Made by a program: the position numbers and the translations under genes. Positions 53,746 through 56,721 of a stretch of DNA of 56,721 bases are shown here, one piece after another. Source of the DNA: an uncultured Bdellovibrio sp. Its GTDB lineage: Bacteria > Bdellovibrionota > Bacteriovoracia > Bacteriovoracales > Bacteriovoracaceae. The stretch's first letter is position 1, and each line of letters opens with the position of its first letter. The stretch lies in contig CAYHRT010000001.1 in the NCBI GenBank assembly GCA_964359085.1, forward strand, positions 1 to 56,721. The letters run 5' to 3'. Under the pieces are notes generated by a model. The model saw nothing but the letters and a program-made list of their open reading frames with translations. It made no database searches and was not told the DNA's origin.

Positions 53746-54747
53746 ATGGGCCGAAAGAAACTTCTTACCATTGTGAATCCTGACCATTCTCCTCCGGCCT
53801 CTTCAGGAGCATGGCAAAGGGCCTACGAATTTGAATTCGAATTTTTCAGAAACTTTCCCTCGGCCCATACTCGCATTTCCTATAAAAACGATATCCGCCA
53901 ATTTATTGATTGGCTCAAAGACAATATGCCCGATTTGGAGGGCCTCAATCAGGCCTCTCGCGCTCATTTAGTGGCGTATAGGAATTGGCTGCATGAGGCC
54001 GATTTCGCTCCCAAGACTATCAATCGAAAATTTTCGGCCCTCTCCAGCTTTTTTGATTTTTTGGTGGAGAAAGGTATTAAGGACTTTAACCCCATCAACA
54101 GTATTCGCAGACCGCGCCAAGAAGTAATCCATCACACCAACGATTTGAGTGACGATCAGGTCAAAGAACTCTTCCTGGCCTTGGAACAAGAGGGCCCTTC
54201 CATGCCTCTCCACAAGGCCATCGTCTACCTACTCTTCTCTACCGGCATTCGTAAGTCTGAGTTAATTTATTTAAAACGCAAGGACTATAAAATTTTTGAA
54301 GGTGTTCCTATCATCGAAGTGCGCGCCAAGGGAGGAAAATTCTTAACCAAGGCCCTCCACCCTAAATGTGCGGGCATTATGGATGAGTATCTCGAATGGA
54401 TGAAAGATTCTGATCGCGCAATCCATCCCGAAGATTATTTTTTTCAACCCACCAAAAATCCACTCCAACCGGGAGAACTGTGCCGTCCACTCAACGCTAA
54501 ATCGGTAGACTACATCATCAAAAAGTTCGCCAAAATTGCCGGACTCACCCATCGCATTTCGGCCCATTCAGCGCGCGCCAGTTACATTGGCTCGGCCCTG
54601 GAGGCCGGCGTCGACCTGCTCAAAGTCTCCAGCGATGTGGGCCACGCCTCGGTCAGAACCACCCAGGAATACAACAAGCGACGACTCAAGATTAAGGAAA
54701 GCCCCGCCTACGATTTGGGTTATTTTGATAAGAAGAAATCTTCGTAA
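53746..54747 (+). CDS. tyrosine recombinase/integrase (XerC/D-like fold)
   Basis: N-terminal SAM-like core-binding domain. Catalytic pattern ..TGIRKSEL.. HSARASYIG .. GHASVRTTQEY (R..HxxR..H..Y). Confidence 0.85.
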   Translation: MGRKKLLTIVNPDHSPPASSGAWQRAYEFEFEFFRNFPSAHTRISYKNDIRQFIDWLKDNMPDLEGLNQASRAHLVAYRNWLHEADFAPKTINRKFSALSSFFDFLVEKGIKDFNPINSIRRPRQEVIHHTNDLSDDQVKELFLALEQEGPSMPLHKAIVYLLFSTGIRKSELIYLKRKDYKIFEGVPIIEVRAKGGKFLTKALHPKCAGIMDEYLEWMKDSDRAIHPEDYFFQPTKNPLQPGELCRPLNAKSVDYIIKKFAKIAGLTHRISAHSARASYIGSALEAGVDLLKVSSDVGHASVRTTQEYNKRRLKIKESPAYDLGYFDKKKSS

Positions 54748-54763
54748 ATCTCTCTTAGATTAT

Positions 54764-55999
54764 TTACGGTATTGGAATCTTGTCGCCTTTGGGTGAAACA
54801 AAAACACAGCAATGGTATGTCACATTACCAGCAGGAATTTCGGCCATGCTATATTCATTACCGGAACAACCTTGAGGCTTGGCCACTGCTTCAGTAATGT
54901 TTGCACATTGCTGCTGGGCCTTCTCTAGGTCGGTTTTTTCTAATTGTCCCCCAGATGGTGGAGCAGGCGGAGGTGGAGTTGTCGGCGTAGGCGTCGGCAA
55001 CTGTATGCTATAATTATCATCTTGCTCTTGTATTTGAGTAGAGACAGGAGCAACGGGGGTGGGTATTGGAGTCGCAGCAGGAGTTTCGGCCATAGGGACA
55101 GTATCCATTTCAGGAGTGGAAATATTAGCATTGCTGGAACCATCTGCTGATTGTATTCCCGCCTCATTCAACTGATACTCACCCTCGGATGTTCGAAAGC
55201 CATTTTCCGTGCTCGCTTCCTGGGCCTTTTTCTGTTTCAAGAATGTCTTCTTGGGCCGGGTGCGCAGTTTCTGATAAAGGGATTGCAATTCTTTTAAACG
55301 CTCTTCAGTGGAATTCACCCGATTGGTATCTAACGACGCATCACTTTCGGCAAATGACCAACGTAAACGTTCGGCCCACTTATATTTATGTGGCCGTGTT
55401 ATCACCTCACCTTCAACTACCGCCATCGACATGCCTGAATCGATCGTCTCACTGTCATCATGCATATAATCCATGGCCTCGACACTACCTTTGTAAACCG
55501 TTCCCCACACATCACTACTTGCTTGATCATGGAAAATATAAAACGTAGTCCCACGTACACCAAAAGCGATCCGATTGGTTGTTTCAATTTCAAGAGATGG
55601 CGGCCCGGAAAATTTTTGGACGACATCCACCATGATGCCACCGATGGTCAGGATGAGATAGGACGATCCCTTGTATGTATTCCCCCCCTTTGCTTGAATG
55701 AGGCCTTCGACCTTCAAATTTGAATCGGGATCAAGTTTGAGAGCGCTGCCGTCTGGGAGTTTAAGAATGGCAAAAGACTGAGGGCCGGTCGAAAGCTCAC
55801 TTCCATCATAGAATTTCTCCATTCGCTGGACTTGTTTTCGCGCCTTTTCCCCTTTGGCGAGCATAAATAGTTCACCCTTCACATAACGAACAATTCCGTA
55901 ATTGACCTCATCTGTGGCAAAAGACTCAGAATGGAACAAAAAATGGGCAAAAACAATTAGGCTTAAGGACACTGTCAGTATTCGAAACATGGCCACCAT
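54764..55999 (-). CDS. FecR-domain secreted protein with Pro/Thr-rich linker and Cys-containing C-terminal domain
   Basis: Signal peptide. LSTGPQSFAILKLPDGSALKLDPDSNLKV. Linker PTPTPTTPPPPAPP. Confidence 0.6.
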   Translation of the reverse strand: MVAMFRILTVSLSLIVFAHFLFHSESFATDEVNYGIVRYVKGELFMLAKGEKARKQVQRMEKFYDGSELSTGPQSFAILKLPDGSALKLDPDSNLKVEGLIQAKGGNTYKGSSYLILTIGGIMVDVVQKFSGPPSLEIETTNRIAFGVRGTTFYIFHDQASSDVWGTVYKGSVEAMDYMHDDSETIDSGMSMAVVEGEVITRPHKYKWAERLRWSFAESDASLDTNRVNSTEERLKELQSLYQKLRTRPKKTFLKQKKAQEASTENGFRTSEGEYQLNEAGIQSADGSSNANISTPEMDTVPMAETPAATPIPTPVAPVSTQIQEQDDNYSIQLPTPTPTTPPPPAPPSGGQLEKTDLEKAQQQCANITEAVAKPQGCSGNEYSMAEIPAGNVTYHCCVFVSPKGDKIPIP

Positions 56000-56101
56000 C
56001 TTTGAAATTTTGAATTGTTACGAACCCAATTATAACAAAAAAAATTCTGCCATACCGATAAATTTTTGATTGTGTAATAATGGAAGGATGTGAGGATAAT
56101 T

Positions 56102-56721
56102 ATGATGATACTGAAGTATTTTACCCTTGTATTTTTTTGCCTTGGTAGCTACGCCGTTTACCCAAGAACCAAGAGAAACGAAGTTAAAGATGTAAAGGCC
56201 GGTGATGAGAAGACTCCTGCCCAGCTTAAAAAGACTTGCTCCCATGGAAATCCAACTCTAAAGCGACAAGATTTCTCATCAAGGAAATCATACCGAGATT
56301 ACGTAGATCTTTGTACTCAAGACAAACCATCTCCAGCGCAATCACAGCACCCACAAATAAAGAAAACGCAGCAAAGTACGATGGTTCTCTCTCCTCAACA
56401 AGCCCCTGCAAATGCTTCATCAGGGAGGCCCACAACGATCTCGACACAGCTACCATCTCGACCGACTTCGTTTACAACTTCTCCAGCAACCCAAAGGTCA
56501 ACGACAACAATCCCGGCCAACACCAACCCCGCACTTGCGATTCGTTCAACCCGAGTCAGTATTTCAAATGGGAATGAGAAAGAAAAACCCAAGCTGAACA
56601 TGCACGTCTTGAACAATAATAATCTTATCAGACAAGGTCAGCCTGCCAATAGCATACCGGATGATATGGCAAGAGCAGGGACCCGAAGCGAAATCGTGAG
56701 CGCATGTCCTGAACAATTTGC
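56102..56721 (+). CDS. secreted hypothetical protein, 5' part; runs off the right window edge
   Basis: ATG 56102 (gaggat upstream). The frame stays open to the window end (620 nt). MMILKYFTLVFFCLGSYA signal peptide, then a P/S/T/Q-rich linker. It is not in the ORF track because it is open-ended. Track ORF 56236..56577 is in a different frame. Confidence 0.5.
   Translation, partial: MMILKYFTLVFFCLGSYAVYPRTKRNEVKDVKAGDEKTPAQLKKTCSHGNPTLKRQDFSSRKSYRDYVDLCTQDKPSPAQSQHPQIKKTQQSTMVLSPQQAPANASSGRPTTISTQLPSRPTSFTTSPATQRSTTTIPANTNPALAIRSTRVSISNGNEKEKPKLNMHVLNNNNLIRQGQPANSIPDDMARAGTRSEIVSACPEQF

Noticed and set aside
56236-56577. 113-aa plus-strand track ORF near the right edge
   Set aside because: A different plus frame starting at ATG 56102 is open for 620 nt to the window end. 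That frame begins with a convincing signal peptide and RBS, and the 113-aa ORF overlaps it out of frame.

Overview
56.7-kb bacterial chromosomal window under the standard genetic code (TGA is a normal stop, e.g. at the sucA end). It is densely coded, with about 52 CDS and no rRNA, tRNA or CRISPR that I can see. About 25 proteins start with a signal peptide, lipobox or membrane anchor. Many of these are hydrolases: HExxH proteins, an EEP nuclease, patatin, NlpC/P60, a 3D-domain protein, PAP2 and a 2H phosphoesterase. That profile fits a Bdellovibrio-like or other envelope-active Gram-negative, but this is inference only.

Confident housekeeping calls:
- sucA-sucB
- class I aminotransferase
- AtoE-type transporter
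- RlmM-like methyltransferase
- RecQ plus YchJ
- RhlE-like DEAD-box helicase
- PPOX-like oxidoreductase
- ECF sigma with a candidate anti-sigma
- CheY plus a PAS histidine kinase
- a sigma-54 module: NtrC-type regulator, divergent FecR-like gene and HAMP kinase

Most interesting signal: four intergenic long-hairpin elements of about 175-190 nt, all in the same orientation. They fall into two families: A at 581-769 and 12318-12495, and B at 30277-30450 and 52741-52914. The two families share a covarying apical hairpin. Their outer stems are perfectly compensated. The mispairs are strand-biased, being G-T wobbles and tandem G-A only when the plus strand is folded. This looks like a structured RNA or ssDNA element family rather than plain MITE decay.

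Other items:
- a U32 (RlhA/TrhP/UbiU-family) gene broken by a single in-frame TGA, directly upstream of the rlmM-like gene
- a possible MqsR/MqsA-like two-gene module with a palindromic operator
- two sigma-54 promoter matches
- a decayed DUF4160/DUF2442 pair
- a low-GC block carrying sucAB, whose SucB lacks an E3-binding domain and has no lpd gene beside it

Two open-ended CDS at the window edges are missing from the ORF track. Several track ORFs needed shorter starts.
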